Origin: Candidatus Saganbacteria bacterium
Lineage (GTDB): Bacteria; Margulisbacteria; WOR-1; O2-12-FULL-45-9; XYB2-FULL-48-7
Direction of reading: 5' to 3'
Assembly (NCBI GenBank): GCA_016939335.1
Contig: JAFGHC010000029.1
Coordinates: 1-47,957, forward strand
Length of the DNA stretch: 47,957 nucleotides
The translations under genes were made by a program, and so were the position numbers. Under the pieces are notes generated by a model that made no database searches, had not been told where the DNA came from, and saw only the letters and a program-made list of their open reading frames with translations. Of the stretch, positions 36,262 through 45,840 are shown piece after piece (within the stretch, counting starts at the first letter, position 1; each line of letters starts with the position of its first letter).

Positions 36262-36867
36262 CTAGAATTGCTCCTTCAAGATCATTTCGCGGCGGCAGCT
36301 CGGGCAGAGGAAGCGGAGATGGCCTGCCCGCGGGTGCGGGCTGGCCTGGCCGCGCTCTTTTTCCAATAATTGAAGCTCGTCATGCCGGGCCAGCAGCAGC
36401 GTCGGATTGGTATAAAGCAATGTCCCGACCTTTTTCGCCAGGAATTTGAGATGGTCGAGGCAGCCGATCACCGCGCCGCAATTCTCGCAAAGGACCAGCG
36501 CCTTGCGGCTCTGCGAAGTATTGGTCTTGCGCTCCGTTACGGCCAGCTCGAATTCTTTCCCCAGCATGATCCCTTTTTCGGTCAGGCACGCCCTTTCGCA
36601 CTGCTGGCAGAAGATGCAGAGGTCGGGCCGGTGGGTCAGCGTCCGCGTTAGCTTCTCCCGGTCGTCCTCATAAGCGATCGCCCGGGCCGGGCAAACTTCG
36701 TAACAGGCAAGACAGCCGATGCAATCGTCCTCGTGAAAGCGGGGGCAGCCGCGGAAGCCGTCGGGCGGGACCACTTTTTCGAACGGATAACGATTGGTGT
36801 ACGCCCGGGAAAAAAGCGAAGTGAGCGCTTCGGCCAGTTCCCTGATCTTGGGAAGCGGGATCCTCAT
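36262..36867 (-). CDS. Group 4 hydrogenase 2x[4Fe-4S] subunit (NuoI/HycF-like)
   Basis: YTNRYPF..PDGFRGCP, CIGCLACYEVCP, CIFCQQCERAC, extra CENC/CPSC; start 36867 overlaps the upstream stop. Confidence 0.9.
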   Translation of the reverse strand: MRIPLPKIRELAEALTSLFSRAYTNRYPFEKVVPPDGFRGCPRFHEDDCIGCLACYEVCPARAIAYEDDREKLTRTLTHRPDLCIFCQQCERACLTEKGIMLGKEFELAVTERKTNTSQSRKALVLCENCGAVIGCLDHLKFLAKKVGTLLYTNPTLLLARHDELQLLEKERGQASPHPRAGHLRFLCPSCRREMILKEQF

Positions 36868-38330
36868 AACTGGCCTCCCAGTATCATCCTGGCGTAGCCG
36901 GTGCCGTTGGCCAGCGCGATCACCGCCGGATTGACCAGATAACCGGTGACCAGCGGAAAAGCCAGTCCGGTCAGCAGGCAAAGCAAGGCCAGCGCCGCCA
37001 TCGCAGTTCCCATCAGCCAGTGGACATCTTTCAGATCGCCAAACTGGTCCTTCAGCCGGCCGAAAAACGCGTATTTCTGGACCTTGAGGAAAGAGGCGAG
37101 CGTCAGGATGCTCCCCAGCACGGCCGCCAGGGCGAACCAGAGCTGGCCCGCCTGCACGCAGGCGATGATCACAAAAAGTTTGCTCCAGAAACCGTTGAAA
37201 GGCGGGAGGCCGGCGATGGAAAACGAGGCGAGCAAAGAAGTTGCGGCGGTGACCGGCAGCCGCTGCTTCAGTCCCCCCATCTCTTTAAGGTCGCGCGTCC
37301 CGGTCTGCTGTTCCACCGCCCCGGCGTTGAGGAAGAGGAGCGCTTTGAACAGCGCGTGATTGAACAGATGAAAAAGGCCCCCCATCAGCCCCAGCGGCGT
37401 CCCCAGACCGACGCCCAGAACGATGTAGCCGATCTGAGAAATGCTATGGTAAGCCAGCAGCCGTTTGAAATCCCACTGACCGAACGCCAGCAGCACGCCG
37501 GCCAGGATAGAGAGCGCGCCGAGCGCCATCAAAGCCAGAGAGAGCGGCGGGCTGCCGCCCAGCACATTAAAGAGGACCCTGGCCAGCGCGTATACGCCGA
37601 GCACTTTGATCAAAACGCCGGAGAGCGTGGCGGAGATCGGCGCCGGCGCGGCCGTGTGCGCGTCGGGCAGCCACGAATGGAACGGCATCAGCGCCGCTTT
37701 GGTGCCGAACCCGGCGATAAACAGGAGCGCGGCCGCCGTTTTCAGCCGGCTGGAGCAGCCGATCAGCGCCAGCGCCGCTCCCGCCAGATTGAAGGTGCCG
37801 GTCAGCCGGAGGACTAGCGCGCAGCCGACCAAAATGAGGAGCGAAGCCCCCTCGCCGATCAGCAGGTATTTGACCGACGCTTCCAGTTGATCGCGGCCGC
37901 CCTCGAAGGCGACCAGGAGGTAAGCGGAGAGCGCCGCCAATTCCAAAAAGACGAAGAGCCAGATCAGGTCGCCGGCCAGCGCCACGCCGTTGAGCCCGGC
38001 CAGTAGCAGGAGAAAAAGGGAGAAAAACCGCGACGGGGCCCGGTATTTGCCGGCGTAAGCGGCGGCGTAAATAATGATAAATAACGCCGTCAGATCGGCG
38101 GTGATCAGAACGAGGTGGCTCAAGCCGTCGAGCACCAGCCACGGCCCGAATTGATTGAAAACCAGGACATTGTTGAACGGTCTGGCCGGGTAAAGCCAGG
38201 TGATGAGCAGGGTCAGCGCCAGCGCGGTCAAACCGGCCAGCCAGGCGCCGGAACGGCGCAGGCAGAGGGTCAGCGGCGCGGCCAAAAGCGGCAGCGCTAT
38301 CAATAACAATAAAACCGCTGGACTATTCAT
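36864..38330 (-). CDS. Antiporter-like membrane subunit (MnhD/MbhH-like)
   Basis: FVFLE, KAALMPFHSWLPDAHTAAP, KRLLAYHSISQIGY, GLPPFNGFWSK. Confidence 0.9.
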   Translation of the reverse strand: MNSPAVLLLLIALPLLAAPLTLCLRRSGAWLAGLTALALTLLITWLYPARPFNNVLVFNQFGPWLVLDGLSHLVLITADLTALFIIIYAAAYAGKYRAPSRFFSLFLLLLAGLNGVALAGDLIWLFVFLELAALSAYLLVAFEGGRDQLEASVKYLLIGEGASLLILVGCALVLRLTGTFNLAGAALALIGCSSRLKTAAALLFIAGFGTKAALMPFHSWLPDAHTAAPAPISATLSGVLIKVLGVYALARVLFNVLGGSPPLSLALMALGALSILAGVLLAFGQWDFKRLLAYHSISQIGYIVLGVGLGTPLGLMGGLFHLFNHALFKALLFLNAGAVEQQTGTRDLKEMGGLKQRLPVTAATSLLASFSIAGLPPFNGFWSKLFVIIACVQAGQLWFALAAVLGSILTLASFLKVQKYAFFGRLKDQFGDLKDVHWLMGTAMAALALLCLLTGLAFPLVTGYLVNPAVIALANGTGYARMILGGQL

Positions 38331-40230
38331 TGGCGTAACTCCCGCCGAGCCGCCCGGCCAGATAAAAAGCCGCGGCGACCATTGCCAGGGCGGCCAGGCC
38401 GGTCAAAATTTCTCTGACGCCGGAAACCAGCAGCAGCCCTTCGACCAGCAGTTCGGCCGCGATCAGGGCGCCTAGCAGCTTGATCTTGAACGCCCGGTCG
38501 CGCCGCAGCCAGGGAATGATCCCAGGGATTTTCGCGTCGAGCCGCACCAGCCAGGCGCTCGACCAGCGCAGCAAGGCCGCCGACAGTTCATAAAAGTCGA
38601 ACCAGCGCTTTTCCCCCGCCCGATAGATCAGCGCCAGCGGCCTGATCTGCCTGACGGTGTCGTAAAAATCGACGCCGCTCACTTTTCCGGCCGCCGGCAG
38701 CTCTTCGCCGCCGGCAAAAATCGGCCGCGTTTTGAGCGCATCGACGTTCCCCAGAAAATAGATCAGCAACCCGACGCTCAAACTGACCAGGATAAGGCCG
38801 GCCGCCAGCAGCGGGTCCCAGACGCCGATCAGGCCGATCAGCCCGACCGCCGGCGCGATCAGGAAGCGGAGCGGCAGCTGGTAAGCGCCAAGGCCGAAAA
38901 CGACGCAGAGGGCCGCCAGCGTCACGGGCGCCAGCCAGATCGTCCAGTGGACCTCCCGGGCCTTCGCTTCGCTCCGCCCCAGGAAAACGGCGTGGGTAAT
39001 TTTGACGAAACTGGCGGCCGTACAGGCCGAACCGAGCATCGCCGCCGCCAGCCAGATGATCCAGGCGGCATTGATTTTCGACAGTTCGATCAATGACTGG
39101 TAGATCAGCCATTTGGAAACGAAACCGTTGAGCGGCGGCACGCCGGAGATGGAAAAAGCGGCGATCAGGAAAGCCGCGAAGGTGAGCGGCATCGTTTTGG
39201 CCAGCCCGCCCAGTTTGGACAGGTCGGTCGTTCCGTTCTTGAATTCGACCGCCCCGCCGCAAAGGAAAAGGCAGGATTTATAGATCGCGTTGTTGAACAT
39301 ATGGAAAAGGCCGCCGGCCACGCCGAGCGGCAGCCCGGTGCCGATCCCCACCACCATGTAACCGACCTGGGAAACCGCGTGAAAAGCGAGCAGTTTTTTC
39401 AGGTCATGCTGCACCAGCGCCCCGAGGACGGCGGCCATGATCGTCAATGAGCCGAGCGCCAGCAGGAAAAAGGAAACGGCGGAATTGGGCGTCACAAGAA
39501 AAACATCGTAACAGAGCCGCGCCAGCAGGTAGATCCCCAGCAGCTTGTCCAGTGACGCCGGCAGCAGCGCCAGGACCGGCGCGGGCGCGCTTTCCGCCGC
39601 CGCGGGGATCCAGCCGTGCAGCGGCATCACCCCGGCTTTGGCGAACGCGCCGGCCAGCAGGCAGAAGAAAGCGATGACGGTGAGCGGCTGTTCCAGCGGC
39701 AGCAGCGCGCCGCCGACCCGCAGCGTCCCGGTCAGGCACCAGACCAGGCCGATCCCGATGATCATCAGCGCGTCCGCCCCGCCGACGATCATCAGCGCTT
39801 TTTTGGCGGCGCCGCCGGCGCCGTCACCGCCGAGGCCGATCAGCATATATAGAGGGATGCCAAGCAGCCCCCAGAACATGAGCAGCGTTAAAAAGTCGGT
39901 CGCGAAAAAGGCGCCGGCCGCCGCGCCGAGCGTGATCAGAATATAGCCGTAATACTCGCCGAGCCTTTCTTTGCCCGCCATGAACTTGAGCGAATAAAGA
40001 ACGATGAGAAAGGTGAGAAATGACGCCGCCAGATAAAGCGAAGCGCTGAAGGGATAGGCGCGGAGCGCCAGGAGCGGCGACAGCAGCTGGCCGGCTAAAA
40101 AAATCTTCGCGCCCAGCGCCAAACCGACGGCGGAGACGATAAGCGCCGCCCCGCCCGCCGCCCGTCTGAAGATAAAGCAAAGGAGCGACGCCCCGATCGG
40201 CAAAAAGATCGTCCAAAGTAAAATATTCAT
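38323..40230 (-). CDS. Antiporter-like membrane subunit (NuoL/HyfB-like)
   Basis: KAGVMPLHGWIP, KKLLAFHAVSQVGY, GVPPLNGFVSKW. Confidence 0.9.
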   Translation of the reverse strand: MNILLWTIFLPIGASLLCFIFRRAAGGAALIVSAVGLALGAKIFLAGQLLSPLLALRAYPFSASLYLAASFLTFLIVLYSLKFMAGKERLGEYYGYILITLGAAAGAFFATDFLTLLMFWGLLGIPLYMLIGLGGDGAGGAAKKALMIVGGADALMIIGIGLVWCLTGTLRVGGALLPLEQPLTVIAFFCLLAGAFAKAGVMPLHGWIPAAAESAPAPVLALLPASLDKLLGIYLLARLCYDVFLVTPNSAVSFFLLALGSLTIMAAVLGALVQHDLKKLLAFHAVSQVGYMVVGIGTGLPLGVAGGLFHMFNNAIYKSCLFLCGGAVEFKNGTTDLSKLGGLAKTMPLTFAAFLIAAFSISGVPPLNGFVSKWLIYQSLIELSKINAAWIIWLAAAMLGSACTAASFVKITHAVFLGRSEAKAREVHWTIWLAPVTLAALCVVFGLGAYQLPLRFLIAPAVGLIGLIGVWDPLLAAGLILVSLSVGLLIYFLGNVDALKTRPIFAGGEELPAAGKVSGVDFYDTVRQIRPLALIYRAGEKRWFDFYELSAALLRWSSAWLVRLDAKIPGIIPWLRRDRAFKIKLLGALIAAELLVEGLLLVSGVREILTGLAALAMVAAAFYLAGRLGGSYANE

Positions 40231-40234
40231 CCCC

Positions 40235-41419
40235 CTAACCCCTAAGCTTCACTTTCATCTGCTCGGTTTTTTCCTGGGAAAGCCGGACCAGTTCCTGGCC
40301 GGTCAGAATGACCCTCCCGGTTTCCGGCTCGACCGCCGCCATCCGTTCGGTGCAGCAGTAGCACGGGTCGACCGCGGCGGTGATCAGCGCGGCGTCGGCG
40401 AGCGATTCGCCGATCACCGTTCTCTTGAACGAAGGGACATTCATGAACGAAGGCGCGCGGATCTTATGGCGCTCCGGATAGTTCGAGCCGTTCGCTTTCA
40501 CATAATGTATCACTTCGCCGCGCGGCGCTTCATGCTGGCCGATCCCCTCGCCGGCCCCGACCTCCCTGACCGCCGCGTCGATCGGCCCCGGCCTCATCTG
40601 CTTCAGGCACTGGCGGATGATCTTGGCCGATTCGACGCACTCCAGCAGCCTGATCGCAGTTTTGTTGAAGATATCGCCGCCTTCCATGACGATCGTTTCA
40701 AACTTGACCCGGTCATAGGCCGCGTAGGGGTGGTCTTTGCGGACATCGATCGCCAAGCCGGAAGCGCGGGCGACCGGCCCGACCACCCCCATGGCGATAG
40801 CGTCCTCTTTCTTCAGAACGCCGACATTTTTCAGCCGCGCCTTGATCACCGGATCGTCGATCACCGCTTTAAGCAGCATATTGCAGAAACTCTCGACATC
40901 GTCAATCGCTTTGAGCAGGCCGGCTATATCATTAATATCGCGACGGACGCCGCCGACCTTGAACATGCCGTAATGGTTCCGGTTGCCGGAGATGGCCTCG
41001 AATATGTCAAGGACCGGTTCGCGGTATTTCCAGGCCCACATGAAGACGGTGTTGTAGCCGAGGAAATGGCCGGCCAGGCCGACCCAGAGGAGATGGCTGT
41101 GGATCCGCTCCAGGTCGCCGATGATCGTCCGGATGTACTCCGCCCGCTCGGGGACGGCGATCCCGGAGATGTCCTCGACCGCCCGGACGTAAGCGAACGG
41201 GTGCGACGTCGAGCAGATGCCGCAGATCCTCTCGACGGTAAAAGTCGCCTGGTCGAAGGTTTTTGCTTCGGAAAGCTTTTCGATCCCGCGGTGGTTGTAG
41301 CCGATGCGGACCTCGGCGTCAACGACCTTTTCCCCTTCCACGTAGAACTTGAAGAATTCCGGCTCCTCGAGGAGCGGGTGGTAAGGGCCGATCGGGATGA
41401 GCGTCTCTTTTTTGTCCAT
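40235..41419 (-). CDS. Group 4 [NiFe]-hydrogenase large subunit
   Basis: GPYHP, GYNHRGIEK, L1 ERICGICS, EAPRGE, L2 DPCYCCTER followed by a C-terminal extension; start 41419. Confidence 0.93.
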   Translation of the reverse strand: MDKKETLIPIGPYHPLLEEPEFFKFYVEGEKVVDAEVRIGYNHRGIEKLSEAKTFDQATFTVERICGICSTSHPFAYVRAVEDISGIAVPERAEYIRTIIGDLERIHSHLLWVGLAGHFLGYNTVFMWAWKYREPVLDIFEAISGNRNHYGMFKVGGVRRDINDIAGLLKAIDDVESFCNMLLKAVIDDPVIKARLKNVGVLKKEDAIAMGVVGPVARASGLAIDVRKDHPYAAYDRVKFETIVMEGGDIFNKTAIRLLECVESAKIIRQCLKQMRPGPIDAAVREVGAGEGIGQHEAPRGEVIHYVKANGSNYPERHKIRAPSFMNVPSFKRTVIGESLADAALITAAVDPCYCCTERMAAVEPETGRVILTGQELVRLSQEKTEQMKVKLRG

Positions 41420-41877
41420 TAATTTTCCCTCGCGGTCAGTTCCTGCTCCGACTCGAACGTCTTTTTGCGCAGCGGGTAGACGCCGTCCGGCCAATCGTCG
41501 GGCAGGAGCAGCGTCGCCAGATTGGGGTGGCCGGCAAAATTGACGCCGAACATCTCGTGGATCTCGCGTTCCACCCACTCCGCCGCCGGGACGGCCGGGG
41601 TGAGCGACGGCAGCTCCAGTTCCGGTTTCTCGGCCAGCGTCCGCACGCTGACCACCAAATTATCCCGGTCAAAGGCGAAATGGTAAAGCACTTCCACCCC
41701 CGGCCGGGTGTCGACGCCGCTGGCGGTCGAGAACCGTCCGCCGAGCTCCCGGAAGAGGAATTCCCCCAGGGCCGTCACGTCCTGTTTCTGCACGGTGAGG
41801 TAAACGCGCCGCGGCGATCTTTCCTGCACCGCCGCCTTGCCGCCGAACCTTGTTTTTATCTGTTCGATCACGCTCAT
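41419..41877 (-). CDS. NuoC/EchD-like hydrogenase subunit
   Basis: EVLYHF, AEWVEREIHEMFGVNFAGHP, YPLRK. Confidence 0.92.
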   Translation of the reverse strand: MSVIEQIKTRFGGKAAVQERSPRRVYLTVQKQDVTALGEFLFRELGGRFSTASGVDTRPGVEVLYHFAFDRDNLVVSVRTLAEKPELELPSLTPAVPAAEWVEREIHEMFGVNFAGHPNLATLLLPDDWPDGVYPLRKKTFESEQELTAREN

Positions 41878-42296
41878 TGGATCTTCCCCAGCGCCTTGAC
41901 CACCGCGTCGATCATCGCCTCCGGCTTGGGCGGGCAGCCGGGGAGGTAAATGTCGACCGGGATGATCTCATCGATCGGGCTGACATAATTATAACTGTCG
42001 CGGAACAGGTGCGCCGAACAGGCGCAGCTGCCGACCGCGATCACCAGCTTCGGTTGCGGGACCTGCTCGTAGAGCCGCTTGAGCCGCGGGGCGACCTGCC
42101 GGTTGGCCACGCCGGTGACCAGCAGGACATCAGCGTGGCGCGGCGAGCCGACCAGGACGATGCCGAAGCGCTCGATGTCATGCCTCGGCGTCAGCAGGTC
42201 GAGGATCTCGATATCGCAGTTGTTGCAGGCCGACGCCCCCGCGTGATAGACCCAGAGCGATTTCTTCAGGCCCCATTTAAATAACTTTTTTAGCAT
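41874..42296 (-). CDS. Group 4 hydrogenase small subunit (NuoB/EchC-like)
   Basis: CNNCDIE, SPRHADVLLVTG, VGSCA, PGCPPKPE. Confidence 0.94.
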   Translation of the reverse strand: MLKKLFKWGLKKSLWVYHAGASACNNCDIEILDLLTPRHDIERFGIVLVGSPRHADVLLVTGVANRQVAPRLKRLYEQVPQPKLVIAVGSCACSAHLFRDSYNYVSPIDEIIPVDIYLPGCPPKPEAMIDAVVKALGKIQ

Positions 42297-42297
42297 C

Positions 42298-43194
42298 TTA
42301 CTTCCCCAGCCAAGCCAAAATGAACGCCAGCGCCGCCAGCCCGCTCACCGGCCCCCAGAACAAACGGAGGGCGTGGTCGATCCGCAGGCGCGGGTTGGTG
42401 TTCTTGATCAGGATAATGAGCGTCAGAACGATCAGATATTTCAGCATGAACCAGGGATCGAGCCCGCCGCCCATAAAAATAACGGCCAGGAAGGCCGGCA
42501 GGACAAAGTAGAGCATCGCCCTGGTCAGCCGGAAGACCGCCAGCGGCGCGCCGGAATACTCGAGGAGCGGCCCGGCCGCAAGCTCCTGCTCCGCCTCGGG
42601 GAGATCAAAAGGGACCGCCCCAAGCTTGGCCTGGACGGCCAGCAAAGCCGCGGCAAACGCGAACAGCCCGGAAAGCGAACCGATCATCAACCCGCTCAAA
42701 TTCTGGTAACGAACGATCTCGCCGATCATGATCGAGTGCGTTTTGAGGACGACCGTGAAAAGCGCCAGGATGAACGGCAGTTCATAGGCGAGCACCAGCT
42801 TCATTTCGCGGCTGGCGCCGATTGCTGACAGCGGATTGCGCGAGGCCGACCCGCCGAAGATGACGGCGAGCGGCGGCAGCATCAGCAGATAGATCACGAC
42901 GATCAGGTCGCCGACGAACGGCGCGGGACTGAAGATGATTGCCGACACCAGCGTCACGCCGGCCAGGCCGAAAAGCGGCGCCCCCAGAAAGACCGAGCGG
43001 GAAACGCCTTCCGGGACGATAATTTCCTTGCCCAGCAGCTTGGCGAGATCGGCCAGCGGCTGGAACCAGGGCGGCCCGACCCGGTATTGCAGCCGGGCGG
43101 TCACTTTGCGGTCGAGCCAGGTCGCCAAGAGCCCGGCACCCGCCGCGAAAAGAAAGCCCGGAAATATTAAAAAATTAAAGATCATTGCCATCAT
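42298..43194 (-). CDS. NuoH/HycD-like membrane subunit
   Basis: DRKVTARLQYRVGPP, PFDLPEAEQEL, EYSG, PRLRID. Confidence 0.93.
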   Translation of the reverse strand: MMAMIFNFLIFPGFLFAAGAGLLATWLDRKVTARLQYRVGPPWFQPLADLAKLLGKEIIVPEGVSRSVFLGAPLFGLAGVTLVSAIIFSPAPFVGDLIVVIYLLMLPPLAVIFGGSASRNPLSAIGASREMKLVLAYELPFILALFTVVLKTHSIMIGEIVRYQNLSGLMIGSLSGLFAFAAALLAVQAKLGAVPFDLPEAEQELAAGPLLEYSGAPLAVFRLTRAMLYFVLPAFLAVIFMGGGLDPWFMLKYLIVLTLIILIKNTNPRLRIDHALRLFWGPVSGLAALAFILAWLGK

Positions 43195-43197
43195 TTT

Positions 43198-43218
43198 TTA
43201 CTTCTTACTTCTTACTTT
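43198..43218. repeat. Intergenic heptamer array (TTACTTC)x3
   Basis: TTACTTC TTACTTC TTACTTT fills the TPR-nuoH gap. Confidence 0.75.
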
Positions 43219-43895
43219 TAGAAAAACCGGCTTTTCAGCTCCTCCAGCGTGATCAGGTTTTTCTTCGACCGTTCGTCCTGCGGGTCGAGATCGACCGCTT
43301 TTTTGAAGGCGCCGATCGCTTTGTCGATATCGCCTTTGCTGTAATACGCCTTGCCCAGGTTGTAATAAGCGGCGGCGCTGGCCGGCACTTCTTTGATGAA
43401 CTGCTCGAACTCGCTGATCGCTTCGCTGAACTTGCCGAGCCGGGCGTAAGCGACCCCGACATGGTAGCGGGAAATGACGACATGCGGCTCCTTTTCCAGC
43501 ACTTGCTTGAAGTATTCGATCGCCTCTTTCAGTTTACCCATGTAATAATATGAGAGGCCGAGCCAGTACCGCGCGATGTGGAAGTTCGGGTTGATCTCGA
43601 CCGCCTTGTGGAAAGCCTTGATCGAGTCTTCCAGCCGGCCGCGGCGGTAGAACGAAACGCCGAGCTCATAGTAAGCGTCGGCGTACCTGGGATGATGCTT
43701 GACCGCCAGCTCGAACTCGGCGATCGACTCGTCAAGCATCGTCAGACGGTAATAGATGCTCCCCAGACTTTTGTGGGCGATGGCATTTTCCGGGTCGATC
43801 TCCAGCGCTTCCTTGTATTCCTTGATCGCGTCGCGCATTTTCCCTTCGCGCAGCAGCGCGCACGCCTTGTCCATATGCTCTTCAACTCTTGCCAT
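43218..43895 (-). CDS. Tetratricopeptide repeat protein
   Basis: About six 34-aa repeats with A..LG..Y...G...A pattern. Confidence 0.93.
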   Translation of the reverse strand: MARVEEHMDKACALLREGKMRDAIKEYKEALEIDPENAIAHKSLGSIYYRLTMLDESIAEFELAVKHHPRYADAYYELGVSFYRRGRLEDSIKAFHKAVEINPNFHIARYWLGLSYYYMGKLKEAIEYFKQVLEKEPHVVISRYHVGVAYARLGKFSEAISEFEQFIKEVPASAAAYYNLGKAYYSKGDIDKAIGAFKKAVDLDPQDERSKKNLITLEELKSRFF

Positions 43896-43897
43896 GT

Positions 43898-44380
43898 TTA
43901 TCTCCTTTTGCCGATAAAATTCGACAATATTCTAACAGAAACCAAGTTCTTGTTCTGGTCCGCGAGCTGATCGTCAACTTCGGCGAACGAGAGCGCGCCG
44001 GAAGTGCAGGTCGCCACGCAGCGGGGGATCTCCCCTTCCGCCAGCCGGTCGATGCAGAGGTCGCATTTCGGCGTGATGTGCTTGAATAAGTCCGGCTGGA
44101 TCACCCCGAACGGGCAGGCCAGCGCGCAGGAGCCGCAGCCGACGCAGCGGAACTGGCTGCGCAGGACGGTGTCGTCTTCCATTTTTTTCATCGCTTCGTT
44201 GGGACAGGCGGCCGCGCAGGCCGGCTGATCGCAGTGCAGGCAGTGGAGCGGCTGTTCCGCCGTCCCGTCAAGTTTGGAATGGCCGAGCAGGGATTGCAGA
44301 TGGTGGCCGTAGGCGCAGGCGGCCGCGCAGCTCCGGCAGCCGCAGCAGAGATCGAGATTAAGATAAACGCGCTTAGCCAT
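43898..44380 (-). CDS. 4x[4Fe-4S] electron-transfer protein (HycB/DmsB-like)
   Basis: CCGCRSCAAAC, CLHCDQPACAAACP, CVGCGSCALACP, KCDLC...CVATC. Confidence 0.92.
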   Translation of the reverse strand: MAKRVYLNLDLCCGCRSCAAACAYGHHLQSLLGHSKLDGTAEQPLHCLHCDQPACAAACPNEAMKKMEDDTVLRSQFRCVGCGSCALACPFGVIQPDLFKHITPKCDLCIDRLAEGEIPRCVATCTSGALSFAEVDDQLADQNKNLVSVRILSNFIGKRR

Positions 44381-45803
44381 TGACGTTCACCCGGTACCAG
44401 AAAAAGTTGCTGACGAGATGGTTGTTGCCGAAATAAGTGATCGGCTTGACCGGCGCCGCCTCGAGCGGCGGCAGCGCGGCCAATTCGGCCTTCGCCTCCG
44501 CTTCGTCTTTCGTCTGGCTGACCGGCCCCTGCACCGCCAGTTCACTGGCCTCATTCTCCGCGGGGCTGATCTCGGCGATCAGGCGGCAGATCTCCGGCAA
44601 AGTTTTGCTGCCGGCCGCCGGCGCAATGGGCGCGCAGACCGCGAGCTGTCCGTCGGCCGTGACAAAGCTGCCGGCGCCTTCAAACTGCGTGGCGAGCGGC
44701 AGGATCAGGCTGTTGTCGTAGATCGCCGGCGATTCGCTCTCGAAATGGCCGGCGAAGACGACGAACTTGAGCATCCGGAACCGTTTCTGCAGCTCTTCGT
44801 GGCCGGCGGAAATATCCTCGCCGAACATCAGCAGCGATTTGACCTCGCCCCGGTCGATCTTGTCGAGAAGCTGGTGATAGGTCGGGTGGCCGGGGGCCGC
44901 CCGGTCGATCACCGTGTTGACGCCGAGCGTGTTGCCGTAAAGATAATAAACAATGAAACTCTTATGGTCCGAACCGGCCGCCAGCTGCTTGGCGTAATAA
45001 ACCGCCAAGTCATTGCGCAATCGCCTGGTCTGCGGAACATAGATGACCGTGCCGCTGGCGGCGTTTTTGAAGTCCGCGGCCGCCTGCTGCAGCTGCGCCG
45101 CCGGGAGGCCGCTTTTTTCGGCCGCAGCGCTGAACGGAATGGCGCCGGCCAGCGCCGCCAGGGCGATCGCCTCGGTGCCGGGGCGGCAGAGCAGATGGCT
45201 GGTGGCAAACCAGCTGGTGTGGGTTTTGTTCGGGTCAAGGACGATGATCTTATTCCCCCGCTTGCCGTATTTGACCTGATTGACCCGCCGCGCCAGGACG
45301 GGCGAACGGCTAAGCAGGTCGCCGACGATCAGCAGAGCTTCGCTTTGTTCGATCGCTTCCAGCGTGGCCAGCCGGGCGCCCGGCACCTGCCATTTGCTGC
45401 CGCCGTAAGCCTCAAGGTCGGCCGCCGCGCCGGCGGAAAGAATATTTTCGATCCCTTTCCGGCCGGCCATTTTGACGGCGGCCAGCGCCGCTTCGTTGCT
45501 CTGCAGGCAGGAAACGAGACAGCCGATCTCCCGGCTGGCAAAGGCCCCGAGTTCGCCCCGCAGGAAAGTGACCGCTTCCTCCCAGGAAACCTTGCGCCGG
45601 CCGATCTGCGGTTCGGTCAGGCGCCCCGGGTGACTGGCCAGCTCCAGATTGTAATGCCCGCGCGGGCAGAGCGAGCCTTTATTGATCGGGTTGTTTTGGT
45701 CATAAGCCAGCGCCGTCAGCCGCCCGCCCTCGGCGCGGAAGCTCACTTCGCACCCCAGCGAACAGAACAGGCATCTTGATTTTTTAATATCCATATCTTT
45801 CAT
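44373..45803 (-). CDS. Molybdopterin-oxidoreductase-fold protein (FdhF/NuoG C-terminal-like), probably non-catalytic
   Basis: CLFCSLGC...LCPRG Fe-S motif, IIVLDP, RPGTE, ILPLATQFE..GSF; start 45803, 45794 or 45821. Confidence 0.8.
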   Translation of the reverse strand: MKDMDIKKSRCLFCSLGCEVSFRAEGGRLTALAYDQNNPINKGSLCPRGHYNLELASHPGRLTEPQIGRRKVSWEEAVTFLRGELGAFASREIGCLVSCLQSNEAALAAVKMAGRKGIENILSAGAAADLEAYGGSKWQVPGARLATLEAIEQSEALLIVGDLLSRSPVLARRVNQVKYGKRGNKIIVLDPNKTHTSWFATSHLLCRPGTEAIALAALAGAIPFSAAAEKSGLPAAQLQQAAADFKNAASGTVIYVPQTRRLRNDLAVYYAKQLAAGSDHKSFIVYYLYGNTLGVNTVIDRAAPGHPTYHQLLDKIDRGEVKSLLMFGEDISAGHEELQKRFRMLKFVVFAGHFESESPAIYDNSLILPLATQFEGAGSFVTADGQLAVCAPIAPAAGSKTLPEICRLIAEISPAENEASELAVQGPVSQTKDEAEAKAELAALPPLEAAPVKPITYFGNNHLVSNFFWYRVNVNG

Positions 45804-45805
45804 TA

Positions 45806-45836
45806 ATTCGTCATTAGTCATTAGTAATTAGTCATT
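45806..45836. repeat. Heptamer array (ATTAGTC)n
   Basis: ATTCGTC ATTAGTC ATTAGTA ATTAGTC ATT; same unit as at 5851-5958. Confidence 0.85.
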
Positions 45837-45840
45837 TCCT

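Noticed and set aside
36262..43194. Respiratory complex I (nuo) operon
   Set aside because: The NuoD-like subunit retains both Ni-binding CxxC motifs and hypA follows; nuoA, J and K equivalents are not seen.
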